Positions 27,569 to 35,376 of a stretch of DNA of 36,127 nt are shown here, in pieces. Below the pieces are notes generated by a model. That model was not told the DNA's origin. It saw only the letters and a program-made list of their open reading frames with translations, and did not search any database. The position numbers and the translations under genes are program-made. Position 1 is the first letter of the stretch, and every line of letters starts with the position of its first letter. Source of the stretch: a virus (Duplodnaviria; Heunggongvirae; Uroviricota; Caudoviricetes); IMG/VR virus record IMGVR_UViG_2627854066_000004, positions 1 to 36,127 of that record, one strand, 5' to 3'.

Positions 27569-30412
27569 TCAATCTTTATCGTAAAAACTGCCACGCCCGG
27601 CACGGGCGCGCCGTTCCGTTTCTGCCCTGACCATTTCACCGACCAGTTTCGCCAGTTCGCGGGGATTCTGCGTAACAACGTTATGCAGATGAACATGAAT
27701 TTCACCACCAAATCCGGAGGCAACAGGCTCCCGGTTACGGGAAGTTACAGGAACTGATGCCACTGGAGATCGTATGGCCTCCGCCACCGGGCGGGAGCTG
27801 GCCGCAACAACAGGGACCAGCGCCGGAGGCAGCGGAGCCGGGACCACGGGGGTGATATTAATTGCGGGGGCAGGCTTACCGACCTGCGCAATCTTCCGCT
27901 CCTGCCACTCCCCACGAACAGCAAGTGCGCGGGGCAGGTTCTTAAAGACAATATCGCCGGGGCCAATGCGTTTTTTCGTCTCATCAACCAGCTTACCTGT
28001 GTTATCAGCAATTTTGCTGAGTCTGCGTAGTGTACCGGTATTGCTGTCTGTGAGCGGTTTGTTGTCTTTGGGTTTATCACCTCCGGTGCCATTGCCATTT
28101 TCCACAGGCTTCGGCGGATTGATTTTCGCCAGGTCCCCCTGAAGCAAGGCAACCTTGTCCTGAAGAATGGCCGCACGCTGTGCGTCTTCGATTTTCTTTC
28201 TCGCCCTTTCCGCTTCATCCGGAAGCACACCGAGTTTTTCAAGTATCCACGCCAGCGTATCCAGCAACATTTTTGCGGGCGTCAGAACAAGCTGTAACGC
28301 ACCGCCAAGAACGTTACCGAATATCTCGCCAGCACTGGTACATTTATCCAGCGTTTCCTTGCTGGACTCCATCGGTGACAGCAGCGATTTAAACCAGTTA
28401 AACACCTGACTTATCCCGCTTCCGATTGCGTCAAAAACAGGACCAAACCGTTCAAAGGTTTCGCGCAACGGAGCCAGCCGTTCCATAATCCCACTGAACA
28501 CCCCGGCATAAAACGCCTTGATGGGTTCCCAGTATTTCCAGATGAGAACCGCCGCAGCCACAAACGCGGCAACAATCAATCCGACCGGACTGAACAGCGC
28601 CCCGATAGCGCCACCCAGCAACGAGATGGAACCTGTTACCATTCCCCATAGTGCTGGCAGCACCCTGACGACATTCATTGATCCTGTCAGGAGGGAAAAA
28701 CCAAGACGCAGTTTTGCCAGCGGACCAGCAAGCACACCAATAGCCAGCGACAACGAGCCAATCGTTGCAGTCATTGCCAGCAACGCACCGCCTGCAATCA
28801 GTAGCTGGCGCGTCAGTGCAGGATGCGCCTGCGCCAGCGCCGTCACCTTTGAGACCACCTTCGTCAGCCACTGCGTGACAGAACGCAGCGGACCGTCAAT
28901 CAGATCGGCAATGCGGATACGCAGCCCTTCCCATGCACTGCCGAGTGATTTCAGATCGCCGTCAAGGTTGTTGGCCATAACCTTTGCCGTGCGTTCAGCC
29001 TCACCGCGCGCGCCTTCAAGTTCTTTTCTCAGTTTAGGTAAGGAGCCGTCACCTGCCGCATCAACGAGGGCCATAAATGATGTGAAAGCCTCTTCTCCGG
29101 CAATGTCCTTAAAGAACGATACCCGGTCAACTTCCCCGTATTTGCGGGTGGCTTTATAAAGGTCGGCCAGCAAATCCTCCATCGGGCGCATTTTGCCGTT
29201 CGCATCAGAGACGGACACGCCCAGCTCTTTCAGAGCTTCTGCCGCCGCCTTTGGCGGTGATGCCAGACGAGCCAGGCTGGCACGCATTGCCGTCCCGGCA
29301 TCACTCCCTCTGATACCCATATTCGCCAACACGCCAGCCATCGCTGCGGCCTGCTCCAGCGATATTCCCAGCTTACCCGCTACCGGACCTGCATATTTCA
29401 TGGTTTCGCCCAGTGCGCGAAGGTCAGTGTTGGTACGGGTAAACGCTGCGGTGAGTGTGTCACCGACCCGGTCCATCTGGTCAGCAGAAAGGCCGAACTG
29501 CGTCAGGATGTTTGAGCCAATATCCGCCGTCTCGCCGAGATCCATACCGCCAGCCGTTGCCATGCTCAGCACACCGGGAAGCGCAGCCTGAATGGCCTGT
29601 GGTGTGAAGCCAGCCATTGCAAGAAATGCCTGTCCACTGGCGGCATCTCCAGCGGTGAACTGCGTTTCAGAGCCAAGTTTTAACGCCTGCTCACGCAGCG
29701 CCTTAAACTGCGGGCTGTTCTGGTCGATTCGCGTCAGCGCCTGAACGCGGGACATCTCTTTCCCGAACCCGATCGCAGGCTGCAAAAAACGCCCGGCAGC
29801 ATAGCCGCCCGCCGCTACCGCACCAATTGCCAGCGCACCACCTGTTTTCAGTTTTTCCGCTGTTTCCTGCGCGCGCGAATACCGCTCACGCGCCCGCGTT
29901 ACACGCGCAAGCGCCTGCCGTTCGCGTTCAAGCTGGTTGTTGTATTGTTCGGTGCGTCTGATGGCCTGCTGGATGGTGTTATCGCTGCCTGTCAGGGAAA
30001 TGCCGTGGCGTTTCAGCTCTCCGCCAAGCTCCCGCATTTTCTGAATTTCCCGTGTGCGCGATTCATTCAGGCGTTCAAGCCGGGTGCTTAACTGCTGCAT
30101 CAGCTTTTGTTGTTTTTCGCTGAGCACTGTCCCCGTGCGTTGTAACTGATTAAGGGCGTTAAGCTGGCGTCGTGCTTTCACGATGCCCGCATCCGCTTTA
30201 CTGACAGCGTCACGGGCGCGCTCAAATGAACGCGCCTGACGCTCGAGATTTTTGATCGCCCCCTGCGTTCGCTGGATGGAGTCACCAAACTGCCCCATCA
30301 GGCGGCGGGCGTTTTCGGCAGGCCGGGTCAGCCTGTCAACGGCGCTGAAAGCGACCCGGATATCAAGAGTCTTCATTGTCTGCATTCCCGCTGCGAAGTG
30401 CCGCCCGCTCAC
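27569..30412 (-). CDS. T: tail tape measure protein, P2 gpT family
   Basis: 947 aa, Ala/Gly-rich with coiled regions and hydrophobic segments; start uncertain (GTG at 30412 or internal ATGs at 30385 or 30376). Confidence 0.85.
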   Translation of the reverse strand: MSGRHFAAGMQTMKTLDIRVAFSAVDRLTRPAENARRLMGQFGDSIQRTQGAIKNLERQARSFERARDAVSKADAGIVKARRQLNALNQLQRTGTVLSEKQQKLMQQLSTRLERLNESRTREIQKMRELGGELKRHGISLTGSDNTIQQAIRRTEQYNNQLERERQALARVTRARERYSRAQETAEKLKTGGALAIGAVAAGGYAAGRFLQPAIGFGKEMSRVQALTRIDQNSPQFKALREQALKLGSETQFTAGDAASGQAFLAMAGFTPQAIQAALPGVLSMATAGGMDLGETADIGSNILTQFGLSADQMDRVGDTLTAAFTRTNTDLRALGETMKYAGPVAGKLGISLEQAAAMAGVLANMGIRGSDAGTAMRASLARLASPPKAAAEALKELGVSVSDANGKMRPMEDLLADLYKATRKYGEVDRVSFFKDIAGEEAFTSFMALVDAAGDGSLPKLRKELEGARGEAERTAKVMANNLDGDLKSLGSAWEGLRIRIADLIDGPLRSVTQWLTKVVSKVTALAQAHPALTRQLLIAGGALLAMTATIGSLSLAIGVLAGPLAKLRLGFSLLTGSMNVVRVLPALWGMVTGSISLLGGAIGALFSPVGLIVAAFVAAAVLIWKYWEPIKAFYAGVFSGIMERLAPLRETFERFGPVFDAIGSGISQVFNWFKSLLSPMESSKETLDKCTSAGEIFGNVLGGALQLVLTPAKMLLDTLAWILEKLGVLPDEAERARKKIEDAQRAAILQDKVALLQGDLAKINPPKPVENGNGTGGDKPKDNKPLTDSNTGTLRRLSKIADNTGKLVDETKKRIGPGDIVFKNLPRALAVRGEWQERKIAQVGKPAPAINITPVVPAPLPPALVPVVAASSRPVAEAIRSPVASVPVTSRNREPVASGFGGEIHVHLHNVVTQNPRELAKLVGEMVRAETERRARAGRGSFYDKD

Positions 30413-30901
30413 GCCAGCTAACCACTTCGCCGGGCGTCATCATGAAGATTTCGGCGGGCGACCAGTTAAAAATGGCGGCGATATCTGCCACCAGATCTTC
30501 GATGTGCTCAAAGCACACCAGGGTGATTACGCTGCCGTCTCCTGCACGCTCTTCGCGCCAGAGTCTGGCTCGCTCATAAAATTTACAGCCACAGCGCACA
30601 ACTGAATAAAATCGCGTGACGACATTTTTTTAATCATCACTTCATCCAGTCGCGGTGATGTCACGCGTGACAGCAGCGTAAACATGGATTCCGCTTTCAG
30701 ATTCAGCACATCAGACAGCGACAGACCACGCAGGGATCCAGCCTGTTCAATAGCCCCGGTGATCTCCACATACGTGATTTTTTCGCCACCACGCTCAATT
30801 GGTCGGGTCAGTTTTACGCCACGTTCGACAGCCATATCCTCACCTGCCGTCACATCATCCACCACGGTGTTATTCCGGGTTTCAGTATCGATGTCTTTCA
30901 T
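30363..30901 (-). CDS. tail assembly chaperone E+E' fusion made by programmed -1 frameshift
   Basis: Seven-A run on the coding strand (plus-strand T-run 30625-30631); the -1 frame continues open to 30363 and overlaps the T start, as for P2 E/E' and lambda G/GT. Confidence 0.6.
30527..30901 (-). CDS. E: tail assembly chaperone, P2 gpE family
   Basis: 124 aa with an AAGGAG RBS; contains the A7 slippery run near its 3' end. Confidence 0.7.
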   Translation of the reverse strand: MKDIDTETRNNTVVDDVTAGEDMAVERGVKLTRPIERGGEKITYVEITGAIEQAGSLRGLSLSDVLNLKAESMFTLLSRVTSPRLDEVMIKKMSSRDFIQLCAVAVNFMSEPDSGAKSVQETAA

Positions 30902-30956
30902 CAGTTTTCTCCTTTTCAGTCAGAGGCGACGCACTGCGCCGCCTGCATATTACTTA

Positions 30957-31469
30957 TCAGCCAAGCCCGAGCGCGGAACGGATACGGTCAGGCACAATGT
31001 CCTTGCCGTCCTTCCGGTAGATGTGGTTCAACAGGTCGATTTCCCACAGCGGGCGATCGTTAACGCTCAGCTTGTAGTAGGTGTTTTTGACAGCGTAAGT
31101 GTGTGATGTGGCTTCGCCCTGTTTGGCTTCCCCCATATCAATTTCCGTCACACGTCCGCGCATCTCGATTTCATACAGATCGCTTTCTGCATCGGTGTAG
31201 TATTCACCCGCAAAACGCAGCAGCGTGCCGTCAATCGTGCCGCCATATTTAAGGAACAGCGCACGAACAGCTCCCCCCATGACAAAACTCGCATCAAGCG
31301 CGGAGTCGTCCAGACCGAGATCAATACTTACCGCCCCCATCATGCCACCACCACGATAGCTGTCGGTTTTGCGCGTCAGTTTGGGCGGCGTGACGGATGT
31401 CACTTTACCCACTTCGTTTTCACCATCCACAAACAACGTAAAAAAGCGAAGATGTTTTGGTACAGCCAT
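30957..31469 (-). CDS. FII: tail tube protein, P2 gpFII family
   Basis: 170 aa immediately downstream of the sheath gene, with ATGA coupling. Confidence 0.85.
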   Translation of the reverse strand: MAVPKHLRFFTLFVDGENEVGKVTSVTPPKLTRKTDSYRGGGMMGAVSIDLGLDDSALDASFVMGGAVRALFLKYGGTIDGTLLRFAGEYYTDAESDLYEIEMRGRVTEIDMGEAKQGEATSHTYAVKNTYYKLSVNDRPLWEIDLLNHIYRKDGKDIVPDRIRSALGLG

Positions 31470-32653
31470 CAGGCACCTCCCAGCACCGCAAATGCGGGAC
31501 CAAAGAATTCATCAGTAAACGTCTGGTAAAGCTCCATGTCTTCCAGCGGGGGAACAGGCGTATATTTGTAGCGAATACGCACACGTCCCTGACGTAAATT
31601 CGTGGTGCCGTTATCCACCACGTCATACCAGCACTCCGCACCAATCAGTTTCCCGGCAGTAACCAGCGAATCCAGTTTTGCCCTGATGGCGCTGATAACA
31701 TCCTTCACGTTCGCAGGTGTCAGTGGACTGTCGATGGTTTCAAACTGCGCTTCCGCAATTGAATCAGCCAGCACCTGTGCGGTTCGGGTATACACCTCAA
31801 AGATGTAGGCGTTCGTTTCCGGTGTGCGGTTGCCCCAGAAGCGGAACCCGTTGCGACGAATAATGGTCGTGATTTCTTTGTTGTTGAGACTGTTGGCATC
31901 GCTGTCTTCGGCCTGCAACGACCAGAACACATGCCTGGACATCCCCAGCACATTTTTAACCGGAACGTTGGACAGCGATTTGTGCCAGCCCTGTTCATGG
32001 TCAATGTACGCACGAAGGCCGCACGCATAGGCAGGCGCGGGGAACGTTTCGTTTTCGCCACTTTTCGGGTTGTAGGCGATGAAGTCCGGCCATAAGAGCA
32101 TCACTTCACGTTCGTTGAATTTCTGGCGGTAGGTAATCGCTTCAGCCATCGTGTTACAGCCGTGACATGAGGCATACACAAATGCGCGCAGTTTACCCGC
32201 AATCACGCACAGGGATTTTGTCACCGCCTCCGTGTCCAGCTCCGGCGCGGCCAGAATACGCGGACGGTATCCGATGCTTTCATCCTGCTCTGCAACAAGC
32301 AGCGCATACATCCCCGTATAGCTGCCGTCATCCTCAGAACCACCGATAACCAGTTGATCCTGCGTCTTTTCGTCTTCTTCTTTGTGTTCAGCCACGCGAA
32401 CGACGATCACCTTTGTGCTCACCTGGTCTGCGATGGCCTTAAGCGCACGATAAAGCGTCCCCGTTGTTCCGCATTTTCCCAGCACGTCATTGACGCGGGT
32501 CAGCAGTGTGGGCTTGTTCAGCGGGAACAGCTTCGCGTCCGCATCATCCGCCGTTGCCACGATACCGATAACGCTGGAATCAACATCGTTAATCGCTGTT
32601 ACCAGGTCGGTATTTTCCGTAACACGGGCACCATGAAAACGAGTTTCACTCAT
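31469..32653 (-). CDS. FI: tail sheath protein, P2 gpFI family
   Basis: 394 aa, first gene of the minus-strand tail block. Confidence 0.9.
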   Translation of the reverse strand: MSETRFHGARVTENTDLVTAINDVDSSVIGIVATADDADAKLFPLNKPTLLTRVNDVLGKCGTTGTLYRALKAIADQVSTKVIVVRVAEHKEEDEKTQDQLVIGGSEDDGSYTGMYALLVAEQDESIGYRPRILAAPELDTEAVTKSLCVIAGKLRAFVYASCHGCNTMAEAITYRQKFNEREVMLLWPDFIAYNPKSGENETFPAPAYACGLRAYIDHEQGWHKSLSNVPVKNVLGMSRHVFWSLQAEDSDANSLNNKEITTIIRRNGFRFWGNRTPETNAYIFEVYTRTAQVLADSIAEAQFETIDSPLTPANVKDVISAIRAKLDSLVTAGKLIGAECWYDVVDNGTTNLRQGRVRIRYKYTPVPPLEDMELYQTFTDEFFGPAFAVLGGA

Positions 32654-32810
32654 AGCTTCAGCCCCTTGTATCCGTTAAATGATTCGGCAACAATCATCAC
32701 CCACCACGCGCGTAATCTCACCCCTGCGCCGTTCTCCCGCCACGGCGACAACAAAAAGCAGTAACCCCCTCCGCACGCACATGCGACCATGCCACACAGG
32801 GAGGGAGCAG

Positions 32811-33920
32811 ATGACCGACACCACCATGCAATTGCTCAGTCAAGGCACAGACCCTGTAAAAATGCCGGATTTTGATATTCTCGCGGAGGGTAAAACGCTG
32901 TCCGGCGTGGCAGAGCGCCTGATGAGCCTGTCGCTGACCGACAACCGGGGATTTGAGGCAGACCAGCTCACCATCACGCTGGATGATGCGGATGGTCAGT
33001 TGCAGCTACCGCCACGGGGCGCGCGCCTGAAGGTTCTCATTGGCTGGAAAGGCGAACCGCTGACAGAAAAAGGCACTTACATTGTTGATGAAATCGCTCA
33101 CGAAGGACCGCCGGACAGGCTGACTGTTTCGGCCAGAAGCGCAGATTTTCGGGATGAATTTAACGTTAAACGTGAGGTGTCCTGGCATGATGTGACCGTT
33201 GAGCGTGTGGTATCCGCCATCGCTCATCGGTATGGTCTGAAACCGCAAATCAGCGAAATGCTGATGGATATCGAAATCGACCACGCCGACCAGACCGAAG
33301 AAAGCGACATGTCCTTCCTTACGCGCATGGCGGAAATGCTGGGCGCAATCACCACGGTAAAAAGCGGCAATCTGTTATTCATCATGCCAGGTGGTGGCGT
33401 GAACGCACAGGGCCAGCCGTTGCCCTCGTTCGCCATTACACGCAGCAGCGGCGATCGCCATCAGTTCCGTATTGCTGACCGCGAGGCTTATACGGGGGTA
33501 CGCGCCTACTGGCTTGATCTTAATTACGGGAAAAAGAAAAAAGTCAGCGTAAAACGCCGTAAACCGCCAAAACCCAAAAAGGAGAAAAGCAGCAGCCGTG
33601 AAGGTGATTATATGGAAGGCGCGGAAGGCAATGTGTTTGTGTTACGCAAGACTTATCAGAACGAGCAGGCAGCAAGACGCGCAGCGGCGGCAAAGTGGCA
33701 GCAGCTACAACGCGGAGCCGCAGCGTTCTCCATCACGCTGGCGCGTGGACGTGCAGAACTCTACCCCGAAATGCATGGCACGGTAACAGGATTTAAAAGC
33801 GAGATTGATAATCAGGACTGGATTATTGCAAAAGCGGAGCACTCTATTGATAACAGTGGCTTTACCACGCAGCTTGAGCTTGAAGCAAAAATCCCGGAAT
33901 GGATAGCAGAAACAGAGTGA
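32811..33920 (+). CDS. D: tail protein D (P2 gpD family)
   Basis: 369 aa from ATG 32811 with a GGGAGGGAG RBS; followed by ogr as in P2. Confidence 0.8.
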   Translation: MTDTTMQLLSQGTDPVKMPDFDILAEGKTLSGVAERLMSLSLTDNRGFEADQLTITLDDADGQLQLPPRGARLKVLIGWKGEPLTEKGTYIVDEIAHEGPPDRLTVSARSADFRDEFNVKREVSWHDVTVERVVSAIAHRYGLKPQISEMLMDIEIDHADQTEESDMSFLTRMAEMLGAITTVKSGNLLFIMPGGGVNAQGQPLPSFAITRSSGDRHQFRIADREAYTGVRAYWLDLNYGKKKKVSVKRRKPPKPKKEKSSSREGDYMEGAEGNVFVLRKTYQNEQAARRAAAAKWQQLQRGAAAFSITLARGRAELYPEMHGTVTGFKSEIDNQDWIIAKAEHSIDNSGFTTQLELEAKIPEWIAETE

Positions 33921-33962
33921 GCAACTTAGAATAGCGGCAGCACCACGTTAAGGGAGGTCGCT

Positions 33963-34223
33963 ATGTTCCGTTGTCCGCTTTGTGGCGCATCTGCCCGTAT
34001 CCGCACCAGTCGTCCGGAAAATGATTCAAACACCGTGCGGCAAAAGTATTACCAGTGTAACAATCTGGAATGCGGCGTATGCTTCTCAACACTGGAAGCT
34101 TTCCATAAATTCACATCGAAACATGCCTCCGGCGTTCACTCTTCAGAAGGTATCCCGTGGCATGAGCTGCCAGCTTCACACAGGGGAAACAATCAGATGA
34201 GCTTGCCTTTATCTCAGAATTAA
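33963..34223 (+). CDS. ogr: late-gene transcription activator, Ogr/Delta zinc-finger family
   Basis: N-terminus MFRCPLCGASARIRTSR...YYQCNNLECGVCF with four Cys in the Ogr arrangement. Confidence 0.8.
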   Translation: MFRCPLCGASARIRTSRPENDSNTVRQKYYQCNNLECGVCFSTLEAFHKFTSKHASGVHSSEGIPWHELPASHRGNNQMSLPLSQN

Positions 34224-34413
34224 CAGGCAGAATTGCCGGAGTAACAAAAAAGCGATAGATTACGCGCGGGTGCCTTTCGGCTGATGGTCGGAGGGAATAC
34301 CCGAAGGCCGGATGTGGAAAGGCCCCGGAAAACATTTCTGTTTAACCGAGGCCCTAACCGCATTACCTTGACAAGTGAAAGGTTAGCGCCTCTCCGGAAA
34401 AGGAGCAAGTGCT

Positions 34414-34554
34414 ATGTCGCAAAAATCGCTTACGGCCATCACGTTCTGCGTGACGGCAATCCTCATCATCTGGATGCTGCATGGTTCGCTGTGCGAAATA
34501 CGGATGAGCTTCTGGGGAGCGGAGTTTGCGGCGTTCTTACAGTGTAAGCAGTAA
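34414..34554 (+). CDS. Hok/Gef-family type I toxin-like small membrane protein
   Basis: 46 aa (MSQKSLTAITFCVTAILIIWMLHGSLCEIRMSFWGAEFAAFLQCKQ): N-terminal TM helix, then the SLCEIR and AAF motifs seen in Hok/Gef; AAAGGAG RBS. A longer out-of-frame ORF (34284-34547) overlaps it in a mok-like manner. Confidence 0.55.
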   Translation: MSQKSLTAITFCVTAILIIWMLHGSLCEIRMSFWGAEFAAFLQCKQ

Positions 34555-34689
34555 GGAAACCGCGACGGGGGAGCAATCCCCCGTCAATCGGTTGCCAGGG
34601 TATGGTCGAAGTGGCACCCAAATTTAAATTGAGGCCCACCAGTAAGAGTGGTGGGTTTAACGCTTATTTAAATTTGAAAGGAACTCTTT

Positions 34690-34986
34690 ATGAGTGAAAT
34701 GGTATTTTGTCGCGGATGCGGCAAGGAAATACATAAAGATGCCACATCCTGCCCCAATTGTGGAGCACCTCAAAGAACAGCAAGTTCAAAAAGCAGAATG
34801 ACAGCCGCACTACTGGCTTTCTTTTTAGGTGGTCTTGGTGCACACAAATTTTATTTAGGTAAAGTGGGGCAAGGATTCCTTTACCTTATTTTTTGCTGGA
34901 CATTCATTCCGGCAATCGTGGCATTTATTGAGTTTTTTATCTATCTATGCACCTCTGATGAAGACTTTGCCCGCAAATATGGCTAA
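34690..34986 (+). CDS. zinc-ribbon plus TM2-domain membrane protein
   Basis: 98 aa; CRGCG...CPNCG zinc ribbon followed by two hydrophobic helices (AALLAFFLGGLGAHKFYLG...). Confidence 0.6.
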   Translation: MSEMVFCRGCGKEIHKDATSCPNCGAPQRTASSKSRMTAALLAFFLGGLGAHKFYLGKVGQGFLYLIFCWTFIPAIVAFIEFFIYLCTSDEDFARKYG

Positions 34987-35012
34987 TGCCTAGTGGGCGA
35001 ATCAGAATGACA

Positions 35013-35047
35013 AACCCGCAGCGTAAAAACTGCGGGTTTTCTTTTTG
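35013..35047 (+). terminator. rho-independent terminator
   Basis: ACCCGCAG-CGTAAAAA-CTGCGGGT followed by TTTTCTTTTTG. Confidence 0.65.
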
Positions 35048-35096
35048 TCACCCTCACAAATGAGGGTAACACCACTCATAAGTAATAGGCATAACA

Positions 35097-35131
35097 GATC
35101 GATGCAATAAATCCGATCGATAAAAACGATC
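35097..35131. promoter_or_regulatory. cluster of three GATC (Dam) sites within GATCGAT repeats upstream of the com-like gene
   Basis: GATC at 35097, 35115 and 35128, each in the context CGATCGAT, 50-80 bp upstream of the com-like start. Confidence 0.45.
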
Positions 35132-35178
35132 GATTTGTTATCATATCGGCAGCAGTAACCACACAAGAGGTGCCGCAA

Positions 35179-35376
35179 ATGACGCAAAATGTACGATGCA
35201 AAAATTGCAACAAACTACTTGCCCGCGCCTCATTTCACTACATTGAAATAAAATGTCCGCGCTGCAAAACACTTAACCAGATAACGAGAGCCATCGAGCA
35301 CCCCACACACATGAGGAGTTATGACCGTGGGGATCGCAATCCAGCACCAACCAGCACATACACCGGAACACACTAA
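35179..35376 (+). CDS. com: Com-like zinc-finger protein (phage Mu Com family translational regulator)
   Basis: 65 aa; RCKNCNKLL...IEIKCPRCK matches the Mu Com zinc finger nearly residue for residue as recalled; AGAGG RBS; the 3' end overlaps the downstream methyltransferase start. Confidence 0.7.
   Translation: MTQNVRCKNCNKLLARASFHYIEIKCPRCKTLNQITRAIEHPTHMRSYDRGDRNPAPTSTYTGTH

Larger units (their letters stand above)
1..34223. mobile_element. P2-family (peduovirus-like) prophage, int through ogr; the right boundary is uncertain and may extend further
   Basis: Gene content and order match P2 for the int-C-cox-A and Q-P/O-N-M-L-X-lysis-R-S-V-W-J-I-H parts; the tail block is inverted (see findings). 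attL lies outside the window and attR was not identified. Confidence 0.85.

Noticed and set aside
28518-29591. Several plus-strand ORFs (213 aa, 132 aa) inside the tape measure gene
   Set aside because: Antisense to a long, well-supported minus-strand gene; Ala/Ser/Pro-rich translations typical of reverse-strand artefacts.
32654-32810. Ogr-type late promoter (TGT-N12-ACA) upstream of FI or D
   Set aside because: I found TTGT...ACAA-like dyads but with 15-20 bp spacers rather than the 12-bp spacing I recall for P2 late promoters; not confident enough to annotate.
34619-34677. Compound inverted repeat CAAATTTAAAT...ATTTAAATTTG flanking a CCCACCA-GTAAGAG-TGGTGGG hairpin
   Set aside because: Real in the sequence, but I could not tell whether it is a terminator for the hok-like transcript, a REP-like element or a recombination site; noted only.
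34225-34700. attR / prophage right boundary and an adjacent tRNA
   Set aside because: No tRNA-like cloverleaf and no match to the P2 att core was recognisable; the left att copy is outside the window, so no direct-repeat comparison is possible.
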